The notes under the pieces were generated by a model. The model worked only from the letters and a program-made list of their open reading frames with translations, was not told the DNA's origin and did not search any database. From the human T2T-CHM13v2.0 reference genome, Homo sapiens, in NCBI RefSeq assembly GCF_009914755.1, contig NC_060928.1: DNA of 64,000 nt; one strand, 5' to 3'. The position numbers were made by a program, and so were the translations under genes. Shown here piece by piece: positions 13,381 through 25,508 of the stretch. Within the stretch, counting starts at the first letter, position 1. Every line of letters starts with the position of its first letter.

Positions 13381-14480
13381 GAAAATCTGCTTAGTGGAGC
13401 CACCTTCAATGATTTTAGCAAGATCTTCTGGAAAACCTGCTGCAGCTTCTACAATCAGCATTTGCTGCTTCGTTACAATCAGCATCTGCTGCTTCGCTAC
13501 AATCTGCATTTGCTGCTTTGCCTTGCACTTTTATGTTATGGAGATGGCTTCTTTCCTTAAACCTCATGAACCAATCTCTGCTAGCTTCCAACTTTTCTCC
13601 TTTAGCTTCTTCACCTCTCTCAGCCTTCACAGAATCAAAGAAAGTTAGGACCTTCCTCTGGATTAGGCTTTGGTTTAAGGGAATGTTGTGGCTGTTTTGT
13701 TTTTCTATCCAGGTTACTCAAACTTTCTCCATATCAGCAATAAGGCTGTTTCGCTTTGTAAATCATGTGTTCACTGGAAGTAGCACTTTTAATTCCCTTC
13801 AAGAACTTTTCCTTTGCATTAATAACTTGGCTGTTTGGCACGAGAGGCCTAGCTTTCAGCCTACCTTAGCTTTCAATATGCCTTCCTTACCAAGGTTCAT
13901 TTCTAGTTTTTGATTTAAAGTGAGAGACATGTGGCTCTTCCTTTCACTTGAATACTCAAAGGCTATTGTAGGGTTACTAATTGGCTTAATTTCAATACTG
14001 TTATGTATCAGGGAATACGGAGGCCCAAGAAGAGAGACATGGGGAAATGGCCAGTGAAGTAGTCAGAACACACAATTATTAAATTTACTGACCTATAAGG
14101 GCATGGCTCGTGGCACGCTAAAACAATTACAATAGTAACGCCAAAGATAACTGATCACATGTCACCATAACAGATATAATAATGAAAAAGTTTGAGATGC
14201 TGCAAGAATTACCAAAATGTGACACAGAGACATGAAGTGAGCACACGCTTTTGGAAAAATGGAGCAAACAGACTTGTTGGCTACAGGGTGACCACAAGCT
14301 TTCAATTTGTAAAAATAAAAATGAGGTATGCTTTTATTTTATTATATTTTAGTCTTGAATAAACCCCTTGATGCCAAGAACTACATTTTATATTCTTTAT
14401 ATAAAATGACAGCACCTAGGCCGGTGCCTTACATATAATAATCTGTTTTATAAATGTTTTTGTAATAAATATGCAAATAA

Positions 14481-14783
<303 letters not shown>

Positions 14784-15339
14784 CAAGTAGTAGAGAACTT
14801 TACATGGAGTGGAATTGAAGAGTCTTTAATAAGAGGAAGAGACTGGTGGAAAGGAAGTTCTAATCTTTTCATTTAGCCATTGCACAGACATTTAGTGGAC
14901 ACTTATGTGCCAGACACTGTGCTAGGCCTTAAGAACAAAGATTCAGAAAAATAATCCCTGCACTTTGAGGTACAGTTACATGAAACATGATCATCGCTGA
15001 TACAGGTGCTTCAAAAACACCTAAAAAGGGGGCTGAGGGAGTGAGGTTTCCAGGAGGAGGCAAAGTCTTACACTAAATCTGGAAGAAGGAACGTGAATGC
15101 CAGCTGAAAGGAGAGTGGGAGCGCAGGCTGGATAATGGAAGGGAGGTGAAAGAAAGATATACAGCATTTATAGGACTGTAATAAGCTGAGAGCTGTTAGA
15201 GCATGCAGCATGTACGTGCAGGGTGAGAGGCAATCATGAATAAGTATACAAGAAAAGGTCTGATAAGGCTGCTCATGAATTTTGAGGGCATAATACATAC
15301 AGTGGTTTGGGTTCTGCCTCCCAACTCCCAAGAGTAGAG

Positions 15340-15560
15340 GGCAGTATAACCCAGGAGCTAAGAGAGTAGGCTCTGGAACCAGAGGACCTGATTTAAAATC
15401 TTGGTTCTGCCATTTTTTAGCTGGGTGACTGGGCTAGTTACCTAATCCCTCTGGGTCTCCGTTTTCTCATCTGTAAAATGGGAATGATAGTCCTATCCCC
15501 TTAACATTATTGTCACATCTAAATGACTTAAAACACTATGTGCATGCAGAAAGAGCTCAA
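15340..15560 (+). mobile_element. MIR
   Basis: Core ctgggctagttacctaatccctctgggtctccgttttctcatctgtaaaatggg. Confidence 0.8.
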
Positions 15561-15801
15561 TTTTTTAAAAAAGCTGTTACTACTACTCTAAAGTTCTAAC
15601 ATAAAATGCAAAGACAGTAGGACAGTATTTCCTCAGCTCCACTTATATTGGGGAAAACATGGGATCTAAGACTCAATAGCTTCCTTTGCATGAATTCTAC
15701 AGCCATGTTACCTGGATTCAAAGTTTAGCAAGGTAATTTGAGCAACCTAAGTAACCTCTCTGTGCCACAGTTTCCTCATCTGTAAAACAGGAATAGGAGT
15801 G

Positions 15802-16145
<344 letters not shown>

Positions 16146-16546
16146 TTAAATGAGGAAATGCATGTAAAACACTCAGCACCACACCTCAAATGTAGTTGAA
16201 AGAGTAAGGAGAGCGAATATATATATTGCATTTATTATATGTGCCAGTCATTGTTTTAAATGTTTTTCACTCATTAATTATAATTATTCTTCCTCATATG
16301 CATAATGGTACTAGCGCCTGAAGGTGAGGGTTTCAACACTTTTTTCTTCAATCTATGTAAAAAGATGATAATACTTTCTGCCTTTAGCTACATACGTGAG
16401 AAGTAGGCTAATCAAAGTAAAAAATATTGTATACCCTTGGGAAGAGAGGGGTCACAGAAGGTGGAAGGTGATCAGATTGCGTCATCCCTGAAGTCCCCCT
16501 GGAAGCCCAGCCCATGTCCATCCAGCTTTATGGGGAGTTCATTTAC

Positions 16547-16699
16547 CTTCAGGGGCAGTGGTGTTTTCAGAATTTTCCCTGCCCTGGTCGGCATGGTTGG
16601 CAACTGCACTCCCGCTCTTTGTCCTTCGAAGAACACTCAAAGCTCGATTTATTTTTTTAAATGATCTGCTTCTAATAGTGGATCTCTCAAAGGGCCGTG
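16547..16699 (-). CDS. LNX1: LNX1 coding exon (153 nt): (A)[50 protein letters not shown]
   Basis: Acceptor ctattcctcag|CA, donor GAAG|gtaaat; phase 1/1, continuous with both neighbouring exons. Confidence 0.96.
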
Positions 16700-17215
16700 C
16701 TGAGGAATAGCGACAGGAGGAACAGTAGTTATGATTTAATAGAAATAATCATTTATGTACATATCTGATAAGATATACACAATAAGACATTAACAGTGAC
16801 TACCTCTGGGTGGTAGGATTGTAGAATTTGCTTACCTGTATTTTTTAAGTTTTCTACAGTGAAATATGTACGACGTGCTTAAAATCCTGCTTTTCTTTTT
16901 TGTTTCTGGGCTGAACTGAATACAATACCACTTTTCTTGAGCAGCATGGCTGAAAAATTACTGACACTGCAGGAGTGATGAATCATTAGGTCTAGTTTCA
17001 GCCCCTTTCACCAAGTCAGATTACACACAGTTTTAATGATTGGAGGTACTTGCGGTTTCATTTCACTTTGGCGAATTGGACATTGGGTTCCTGCCAAAAC
17101 TACCAGAACGATTTCCCCTTAAAAAACATTTACAGAACTTTCCACAGTAAGTATTCCACAGAGGGCAATCGCAAGCCAAGGAGCCCATTCCCGGACAACC
17201 ACCCATTTGACTCAC

Positions 17216-17457
17216 CCCTAGTTCGGTTGCTCCGGCCAGAGTCCACTGGGCTGATTGCTGGCTGCCCGTCCTCTGCCGAGGACACGTAGGCAGGGTTGTC
17301 TAGGCCAGGCTCGTCTGTCATTAAGGAGATGGTGGCAGCTGCAGAAACCTCTGGGGAGGGAGCCGTGGCTGTGAGGCTCGCACAGCCGTCTGGACAGCCA
17401 TCTTGTGAGCGCCTCTTCCTATCTTTGGTCAGGCCGTAGTGGGAGGCACCTTTACAG
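17216..17457 (-). CDS. LNX1: LNX1 coding exon (242 nt): (S)[24 protein letters not shown]...[35 protein letters not shown], contains the NPAY NUMB-PTB-binding motif
   Basis: Minus-strand acceptor ggttctgttacag|C (phase 2) and donor AGGG|gtgagt (phase 1). Open frame; translation matches the LNX1 sequence I recall, including LDNPAY. Confidence 0.97.
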
Positions 17458-18943
17458 CTGTAACAGAACCAGCGGGGAGGTGAAGAAGAGCTTTGGCTCT
17501 GCTGCCATTCCTCAGTCAGCCCTCTTCAAATACAATTGAAGAATGTATAATAGGCTTGTTGAACTTGGAATTTGATTTGCCTGCCGCTATATCCTCTCTT
17601 CCCTTTTCACACATCGGTACTCAATATACATTTGCCAACCAAGTGAATTCATAATTTGAGATTTTTTTAAAGACGCCCACTGCATTCTCTTAAAGCAATC
17701 TCTACATTGGCTGCTGGAATGCAAATTTATTCAGGTCACCATGGTGTCTACATGAGTAGGGTTTGAGGCTGGCAATGTTCAACTATTTGGTAATTCCTGC
17801 TTGCTGGTGTTTATTTTGACCATGAAAGCCCTTAGTCACACCCTCACTCTTCTTTTGGATTTTGTTCCCAGAGCACTGAACGTAAATATAAAGCTCCTCC
17901 CAGATTCCATATTTAACTGTTCATGCAAACAGAATCACCCTCACCACAAAGCCACAGGAGTGAGTTCAGCATTGCTATCCTCTAGTGGCAGCTTGGTGGC
18001 TTCCATTCTCTTTCTCTGGGCTGGTCTGGGAGGGCCTCCCTGGTGTTGGGGGCTCCCATGATCTGAGAAGTGTCATTCATTGCCATGTTGTCTACCATTA
18101 AGAGAGTAAAACAGCTTTTGTGGTTTTTAGCAAAAACATATTTGTCTCTACCCATTCACTATCCATGCTATAAAAAAAAAATCCAGAAAACTCCACAAAA
18201 ACCAAACTTTGTGAGAAAAGCAAGTTATTGGTGCAATAGAAAGAAGTTGAAAAAGAACATTCTCGAGGCTCAGAAGACCAAGGTTGGAGCTGATCTAGGT
18301 CCATATTTTGCCATGAACATGAACACTGCCACTCGGCAAGTCATTGCAGCGCACAGGCTAGGTTTTGGTCAGGAAATGGTGATTTAACTATCTCACTGCA
18401 CTGTGGGGAGGGTAGCTACAGGTAACCACTCCAGTTTCCACAGTTGTGAAGGCAGAAATCATATCACGAGCCCCTTTAAGAAGTGTCCATTTGCATATAA
18501 TGGATGTGTTAATTATAAATTCTTATCAATTCATTACTCAAAACCCTATAGGATTGAGCTATTTTAAATAGCCCTTTGAGATCCTACTTCAGGGATGCTT
18601 CATGTTTTTGAAAGTAGATGAAATCAAAGGTCAGTCTACCGTGATATGCACACATGATTTTTACTGCCCATAGAATCATAGAAATGGCAAGATGGAAGGT
18701 CCTATTGTCTAGATCTAAATCCTTGCTCTGAAATTTACATAGCTGGGTGATCTAGGGAAATTTTATTTACCTGGCTAAACTTCCAAATTTGCATATACTT
18801 TCTGGATTGCTGTGAGGTTTGATCGACATTAAGTCTTATCAGGGGTTTAGTACTTTTTGCCAAAAGTACTAGAATGCAAATTCATTAAAGTCGTCATGGT
18901 ATCTACATGACTACAAGCAGTTCTCATGAGATTGTCGCTATTT

Positions 18944-19611
18944 CCATATTTTGTACATCCTAAGATGCTCTTTTCATGCTTTAACATGTCTAAAATCAGG
19001 ATGCATGTGTGATTGATGGGGTTGTGAAGTTTCTGTTGCCAGGTGGCAGTCATGATGCAGACGTCACCATCCCAGCACTGCAAACCCAGTCGCACGAGTA
19101 CCCCTTATCACTTCCATTGAGTTGCCTACATACTTGGTATTACACCATTGAGTTTAATTGCCATTTGAATGTAATGATTCAGTACTAAAATGAAAAGTTA
19201 TAGAAAGCCTCAAAAACAGAACAATTGGATATTGATGAAGTACATATTCATTGTTAGAAGCAGAATCACAATTCTGTGTTTTCTGGCAAAGGGACAAGCA
19301 AATGTTTCATCTGCTTAGAAAGATGCACCCAAGATAATTAAAAGTGGTGTTACATTTTGTTATTGAGAACATTCAAAAAGGATTGCCTATTTCATGCCAA
19401 GCAACACAACCAAGGGCAGGAGAAGCTGCCAAATTCATCTGAATGGATTTCAAAGCCACAAGAGTCTAGTTCACCAATCTATGCATCATGGGGATATCTT
19501 TGGTGTTTGGGGATTATTTAACTGATGGCACATTTTAAAATGTCATCTTCTTTGCTGTTATATGAACATATCTCTCATAGTCAGTGGCATCTTAGATTAG
19601 ATGAAATGTGG
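18944..19611 (+). mobile_element. Kanga1-like TcMar-Tc2 DNA transposon relic
   Basis: Degenerate TIRs ccatattttgtacatcctaagatgc / gcatcttagattagatgaaatgtgg; internal KGLPISCQATQPRAGEAAK...FKATR resembles a pogo/Tc2 HTH region. Confidence 0.65.
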
Positions 19612-21299
19612 TTTTAATATTAGTAGAAAAGGAGTTTGGTTATACAACCTTATGTCCTCATCTTCTAGATGAGAAAACAGGCCTCCAACTTACACTGCTA
19701 GTGCTTGTCCTCAGCTGGAAGAGTTCAAATTCCTGGCTTGAATTCGTGAGGTTTTACTGTACCGATTAGCTGCTTTGGCTTGGAATCATTCTGTTTAAAC
19801 ATAGTGAAGAGGTTGATCTGGGAAACTCAAAAATTGGTGAAACACTGTGTGATGGAAAAAATAAAAGCCAACTTGCATTTGAGCAGCTCCAAAGTAACAA
19901 ATACTTGAATGAAACACTTCCAGGCAGGCTGGTAGTATCTGATTAGCAGTGCATGGAAAGGAAGTTCCTAGCTGGTCTGGAAATGGTCTTTTCTGAGGAG
20001 GCAGCAATGCTCTTGACCATGTGCCCTGCCAGAATAGTAACGTTATTTTCCAGCTGGACAAATGGCTGGCAAAGGTACAAGCCATGGCTTTGTTGGGAGG
20101 ACACAGCATGTCCTAGTAAAAGAAAGTGGCACCTTTCTCTGCTGCCCCATCAATGGGGGTTACAGTATTTTAAAAATATCTGAATCCCAAGATTATGCCA
20201 TTAAGAAACCATTGCACTTTCAAATTCTTGGGGTTCTAAAGATAAGTTTTTGAGTCCAGGAAAGGAAAACCTCATAAGGTAGGTAAGTAGCCTTTCCTTT
20301 GGTCTCATATCACAGCTGTTCTTACAACAGCTGGGGAGGGTGCAGATTCTTGATTTAAGTATTCAGACTCATGTGCTTTGTGTAATAAAGGTTCTGCTAA
20401 TGCAACTCATACTGTGTAATGTTAGCTTTCTCCAGTCTCTTGGCTTAGCTTGAGCCAGAGACAGAGTGATCTATGAAGGTAGCAGCTTGTACTTACTAAT
20501 TATCTCTTTTGTGGTGACTAATACTGGGGCAGCTTGATTTACAAGCATTAAAGATGGAAGAAGCGGGGAAGAGCTGATTAGCATTGGCCAGGACAAGAAC
20601 ATACAGTAAACCCTGGGTTGTGTTCAAAGCAAGGAGGATTTATGCTTCCTTTCAGTTACTCTGAGCACTAAGTACTCTCAGGTGGTGATGGGTGATGGCC
20701 ATGAACTTGAAGGATGAATACAAGGAACACAGAAAACCCCTTTTCAACCAAAACACAAGCTTTGGAGGTGCTGTCCATTCAAATGAGCAACTCTGAAAAA
20801 TCAGTTTTCTTGGGAGATCCTGAGCTCTTTTATCAAAGTGAGTAGAGGTAAATCTGTCTTAATATAAGAATGTTAATACTCAATGCCAGAATTTTTGTCT
20901 CTTTTGGGGTTGGAGGGGGGATAAGGAAAGAAAATGAATCTCCTTCCTGCAAAACTTCTGAGTTCACTGCTAATGAGAGTTGGAGACGAGACACAGGAGG
21001 GAACTCAGATGTGATTCACAGACGTTCTGATAGGGTATCATCTGCAAAGGTCACCCAACAGGGCAGCGTGATCTGGGTTCCCATGAAGAGCTCCTTTCTG
21101 ATGCTGAACTTACCCACTTATAATAGAATAAGAGTTGTTCACAAAGTGAACCTCAATACTCACCAACATCATCCAGCCATACGACCTCCCTTTGATCTCT
21201 CCAACTTTCTGTAAATTCTTTCTCTTGGTTCACTGTTGCATTAGCAAACATTGAGTCAACTCTCACTTTGGGTTCATTAATTGTCCAGTCTGATCTGAC

Positions 21300-21615
21300 T
21301 TCAAACAAGAGCTTGCAAATTCATATGCTCGTCAGGTGAGAGAATGAGGGAAGGAAGGCCATTGGGGACCATGGTGAGCAGTGCTGCTCGACTTAAGGAC
21401 ACAGTGGCTGCTCCACCCTTCCCTGTTAAAAAGGCTGGCCCAGTGTCCCTGGAGAAATTTGGAAGCAAAAATCTAGTTTTCAATGTAAAATCTCTTGATA
21501 TTTTAGATGGTAGCAAGATTTTAAGATTCGAAAATCTTAAAAACACTGTGTGGTCCAAACAAAACACATCTGCAAGCCAGCTCTAGCTCCAGAGATGGCA
21601 CATTCTAATCTCTGG
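21300..21615 (+). mobile_element. MER102-like hAT-Charlie element, left boundary approximate
   Basis: aaaacactgtgtggtccaaacaaaacacatctgcaagcc matches the recalled MER102 3' end. Confidence 0.6.
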
Positions 21616-21723
21616 TAATTAAAAAAACTGCCAACACAAGTAGATCAGACCCATTTTTCTTTCTCAGTCCTCTAGAATGCAACACTACCCTTTCCTCTTT
21701 CTCCAGTCTTCCTCCCTACCCAG

Positions 21724-21727
<4 letters not shown>

Positions 21728-21765
<38 letters not shown>

Positions 21766-21769
21766 TGTG
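21728..21769 (+). repeat. (TG)n microsatellite, one interruption
   Basis: Direct reading. Confidence 0.97.
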
Positions 21770-22699
21770 CATGCAGAGGGGAGATGACCCCTAAAGAGGG
21801 CTTTCCTATGATTATTTGCCCTGGCCCCATTTCTGATCCAAGTCCAAAAATGAGACTAATTTTTCAACTGTATTTCTTTCACCCATGAGAGCACTAATGG
21901 CTGGCCCATAGCTATTATTTAATGAGAAAGGGAGACATTCAGTCCTAATTTATGTATTCTTTCTTTCAGGCAGCAAGAATCAAGATTAGGGGACTCTGTA
22001 GGGAAGTAAGTCTCCTTGCCAGCAGCTGGGTTTTAGGCATTAGCTGCTCTACTGAATGGGATGAGTGATTCTGAAACTTTGCTTGAGGTGGGGTTCCTGG
22101 GGCCAGGCTGGGAGACTGTGCTGTCAGGAAGGAGATGGTCACTGGGAGACTGAAATGGGCTCTCCCTGAGCACTCGGGTGAGTTTGGGCCTCAGTAATGT
22201 GTGCTCAGCCCCCAACTCCATCTCCATGGCCAAACCCTGGAGCTGGTCCTCCTGACACCACATCTCCATGGCTTTGCAACCAACCCTGGCCTATCCCTCT
22301 GCCCCTGGTCTAGCCCTCCATCCTCTACCCCACTGCATCTTAACCATACCAACAATTTTTTTTTTAACTCAAAAACCGCCCAGGGAAATGTTCCCATCGC
22401 TTCCAGGCCTTCCCTGATCCATATTATCGATCACGGTCTCTTGCCTACAAATCTATGGCAGCCCAGAAGGCAGTATGGCAGAAGACAGCTCATATCTATT
22501 GATCTTTTTTAATGTATTATGCTTTACAGATGTGGTCTCATTTAAGCCTCCCACTTGTCCTATTAGTTATACCACCTCACTTCACAGATGAAGATATGGA
22601 CACTAGAAGGGAGAAATGCCTTGTCCGAGTTCAGAGGTGGAGCTAGACTCTGAAGCCAGGCTGTGGGTTCCATGCTTTCTCCCCTTATATGGCTTCCCT

Positions 22700-23530
22700 G
22701 ATCCCTAGACTCATATCAAACTGCCCATTCCATGTCATCACTTAGAAGTCTAATGGGCAGCTCAAACTTAACACTTTCATCCTCCCTGCCAAACCAGCTC
22801 TTCCCACATGTTCCTGTGTTACTAAATAGCTCCTTATCTGTCATTCAGGCCAAAAATCTCAGATTCATCCTTGATTTCTTTCTTTCTCTGGATACCCCAA
22901 ATACAATCCAACATGAAATATTCAGAATCCAACTACTTTTCATCATGGCTACTGCCACCATACTGGTCCAAGCCACCATCATCAGTGCCTGGATTATCCC
23001 AACAGTCTCCCAAGAGGAGTCTTGCTTCCATACTTGTGTTGCCTGCCCATCTATTCTCAACAGAGCAGCCACAGTGATCTTTTCATAATGGCTCTCCACT
23101 TTACTAAAGCATAAGGTCCTTACAACGATCTATACGGCCCTATATTTTCTGTCTGTTGTGACTTCTGACTTCCTCTCCATCCCTTGCTCATACAGCCCTC
23201 CTGCTAGTCCTCAAACTTGCCCACCATGTTCCTACTTCTTCAGGGCCTCTGCACTTTGCTGCTGCCCCTGCTGCCTCAGATATGCCTTCCCCAGATTCCC
23301 ATCCAGTTTGTTCCTGCATCTCCTTCAGGCCTCTGATTAAAATCCCTCTTCTCTGACCACCTGATTTAAACAGCGGCTTCTTTTCTGGCACATCCTACCC
23401 CTGCTTATTTTCTCTCTATGGAATGCAAGTTCCAAAGGGCAGGGATTAAGGTTCTGCTTTGTTAATTGTTTTATCTCCAGTGCCAAAGACAATGACTGGC
23501 ATATAGAAGGTGCTCAGTGTATGACTTTTA
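22700..23530 (+). mobile_element. L2 3' region
   Basis: attcatccttgatttc...gccaccatcatc...acagagcagccacagtgatcttt...tggcatatagaaggtgctcag. Confidence 0.8.
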
Positions 23531-23569
23531 AATGAAAGAACGACTTTTGCTAATGAAAGAGCATGGGGT

Positions 23570-23931
23570 TGTATTAGTCCATTTTTACACTGCCAGTAAA
23601 GACATACCCAAGACTGGGTAATTTATAAAGAAAAAGAGGTTTCATGGACACACAGTCCCACCTGGCTGGGGAGGCCTCACAATCATGGCAGAAGATGAGG
23701 AGGAGCAAAGTGACGTCTCATATGGCGGCAGGCAAGAGGGCTTGTGTGGGGGAACTCCCCTTTATAAAACCATCAGATCTTGTGAGACTTATTCACTACC
23801 ATGAGAACAGTATGGGGGAACTGCCCCCATGATTCATGGATCTCCAACTGGGTCCCTCCCACAACATGTGGGAATTAGGGGAGCTACAATTCAACACAAG
23901 ATTTGGGTGAGGACACAGTCAAACCATATCA
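23570..23931 (-). mobile_element. THE1 (ERVL-MaLR) solo LTR, same orientation as LNX1
   Basis: tgtattagtcc...aaaccatatca; perfect 5-bp TSD ggggt. Confidence 0.93.
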
Positions 23932-25220
23932 GGGGTGAATTATCTAAATTGGCTATCTACACTAATCAGATGACTCAGGCCATCTGTGTTTCTGCCCAGG
24001 GAAAGTACCCCCCTTGGACTATAGCATCTCAGTGTAAACACCATACCATCTCTGTACTCAGGCTTTTCAAGCTAAGGGACCTGAACCATGAACAAGGCAT
24101 GGAACTATATGTTTAATGAGTTTTGGGTTATTGACCTCAAGAGAACATTTAACTGACCAATTAGGCTAAACATTTTAATTTTAAAAAATATTTAATTGAG
24201 GGACAATATTTTAAAACCTAAATACCCCATCCAAACAACATATTTAATGAATCTAAATCCAAATGCAGCAATATTTTCTATACCAGAAAACTGTGACTCA
24301 AGGATATTTCACAGAGAGATGGGAATTAACTGGTTGGGGGAGAAAAGTCTAGTTCCACAATTACACCAGTAGAACCAAACTTTGAATATGTAGGAGCTCT
24401 CTCTCCAGGACTGAGATGGCTTCCTCACATTAGTGCCAGAGAAGTGTTGGCTCATGGAGTCCCACATCACTTAAGGCCGCCAGTCAAGACACATCAGCTC
24501 TGCCTTGGCTAGCTGGTTAGCTGCGGGCAAGTTGTGGCCACAGAGCTATACAGTAAACATTTCTTGAATTGATCTGAGCAACTGTCACCCTTTTGGTATT
24601 CCGTTGATTGAAATTACAGCATTGGGAATTGTGGGATTCACTCACACCACCCTGATAATGCATAATTACTTGTGGTCGATTGTGATACCAATGCTAGTCT
24701 CTCCTTTCTCCTAGCAAGCTCATGAGTTCCCTTTCCATTTCCCTGCACTTCAATTTAAGGCCCCCCCCCACCAAAAAAAAAATGACAAGAAGACCGACTT
24801 AAGAAACTGATCTTTTTTTCATGTATTTCCCTGGTAATTTTGATATGATTTTATTTGCTTTGAGTTTAAGAAGCATTATGCATGTAATAAAACTGAAGGG
24901 TAATGACCATAACCTTTCTTTGATGGGTTATGCTGCTACAGTGGGTTTTTAATCATAATATTGAAATACATTTTTCAATAAACACTCATGGGAGGGTCTT
25001 CTAAGAAAGATGGCACAGCACGGAGGAAAAAGCACATGCTTTCACTTCTAAAGAATCTGGATGTGAATCCCAGATCTGCCTTATGGAAGGGTCTCCTAAG
25101 AAGGCAACTCTACTGGCTCTGCAACTTTGGACAAGTGTCTTAATTCCTCTGAGCCTTGTTTCTCATACATAAAATGGGCACAGTGTTTATTTACCATGAG
25201 GTTTAAAGATTCGCACAAAA

Positions 25221-25508
25221 GGCCGAGTGTGGTGGCTCATGCTTATAATCCTAGAGCTTTGATAGGCTGGGGTAGAAAGATCACTTGAAGCCAGGAGTTA
25301 GAGACCCGTAGCAGGACCCATATTCTACAAAAAAATTTAAAAAATTAGCTGGGCATGATGGTGCATGCTTGTAGTGTCAGCTACTCAGGAGGCGGAGGCA
25401 GGAGGACTACTTGAGCCCAGAAGTTCAAGCCTGCAGTAGGCCATGACTGGGCTACTGCACTCCAGCCTGGGCAACAGAGCAACACCCTATCTATCTCTTT
25501 TAAAAAAA
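25221..25508 (+). mobile_element. Alu (J-type) within a MIR
   Basis: Diverged Alu; imperfect TSD aaagattcgcacaaaa / aaagaatcacgcaaaa. Confidence 0.88.

Noticed and set aside
13450-13521. Regularly spaced repeats as a possible CRISPR-like array
   Set aside because: Head-to-tail tandem copies with no spacers, in eukaryotic DNA, no cas genes.
17975-17995. CTCF-like motif (also one near 2545-2560)
   Set aside because: Mismatches at core positions; unsupported without ChIP data.
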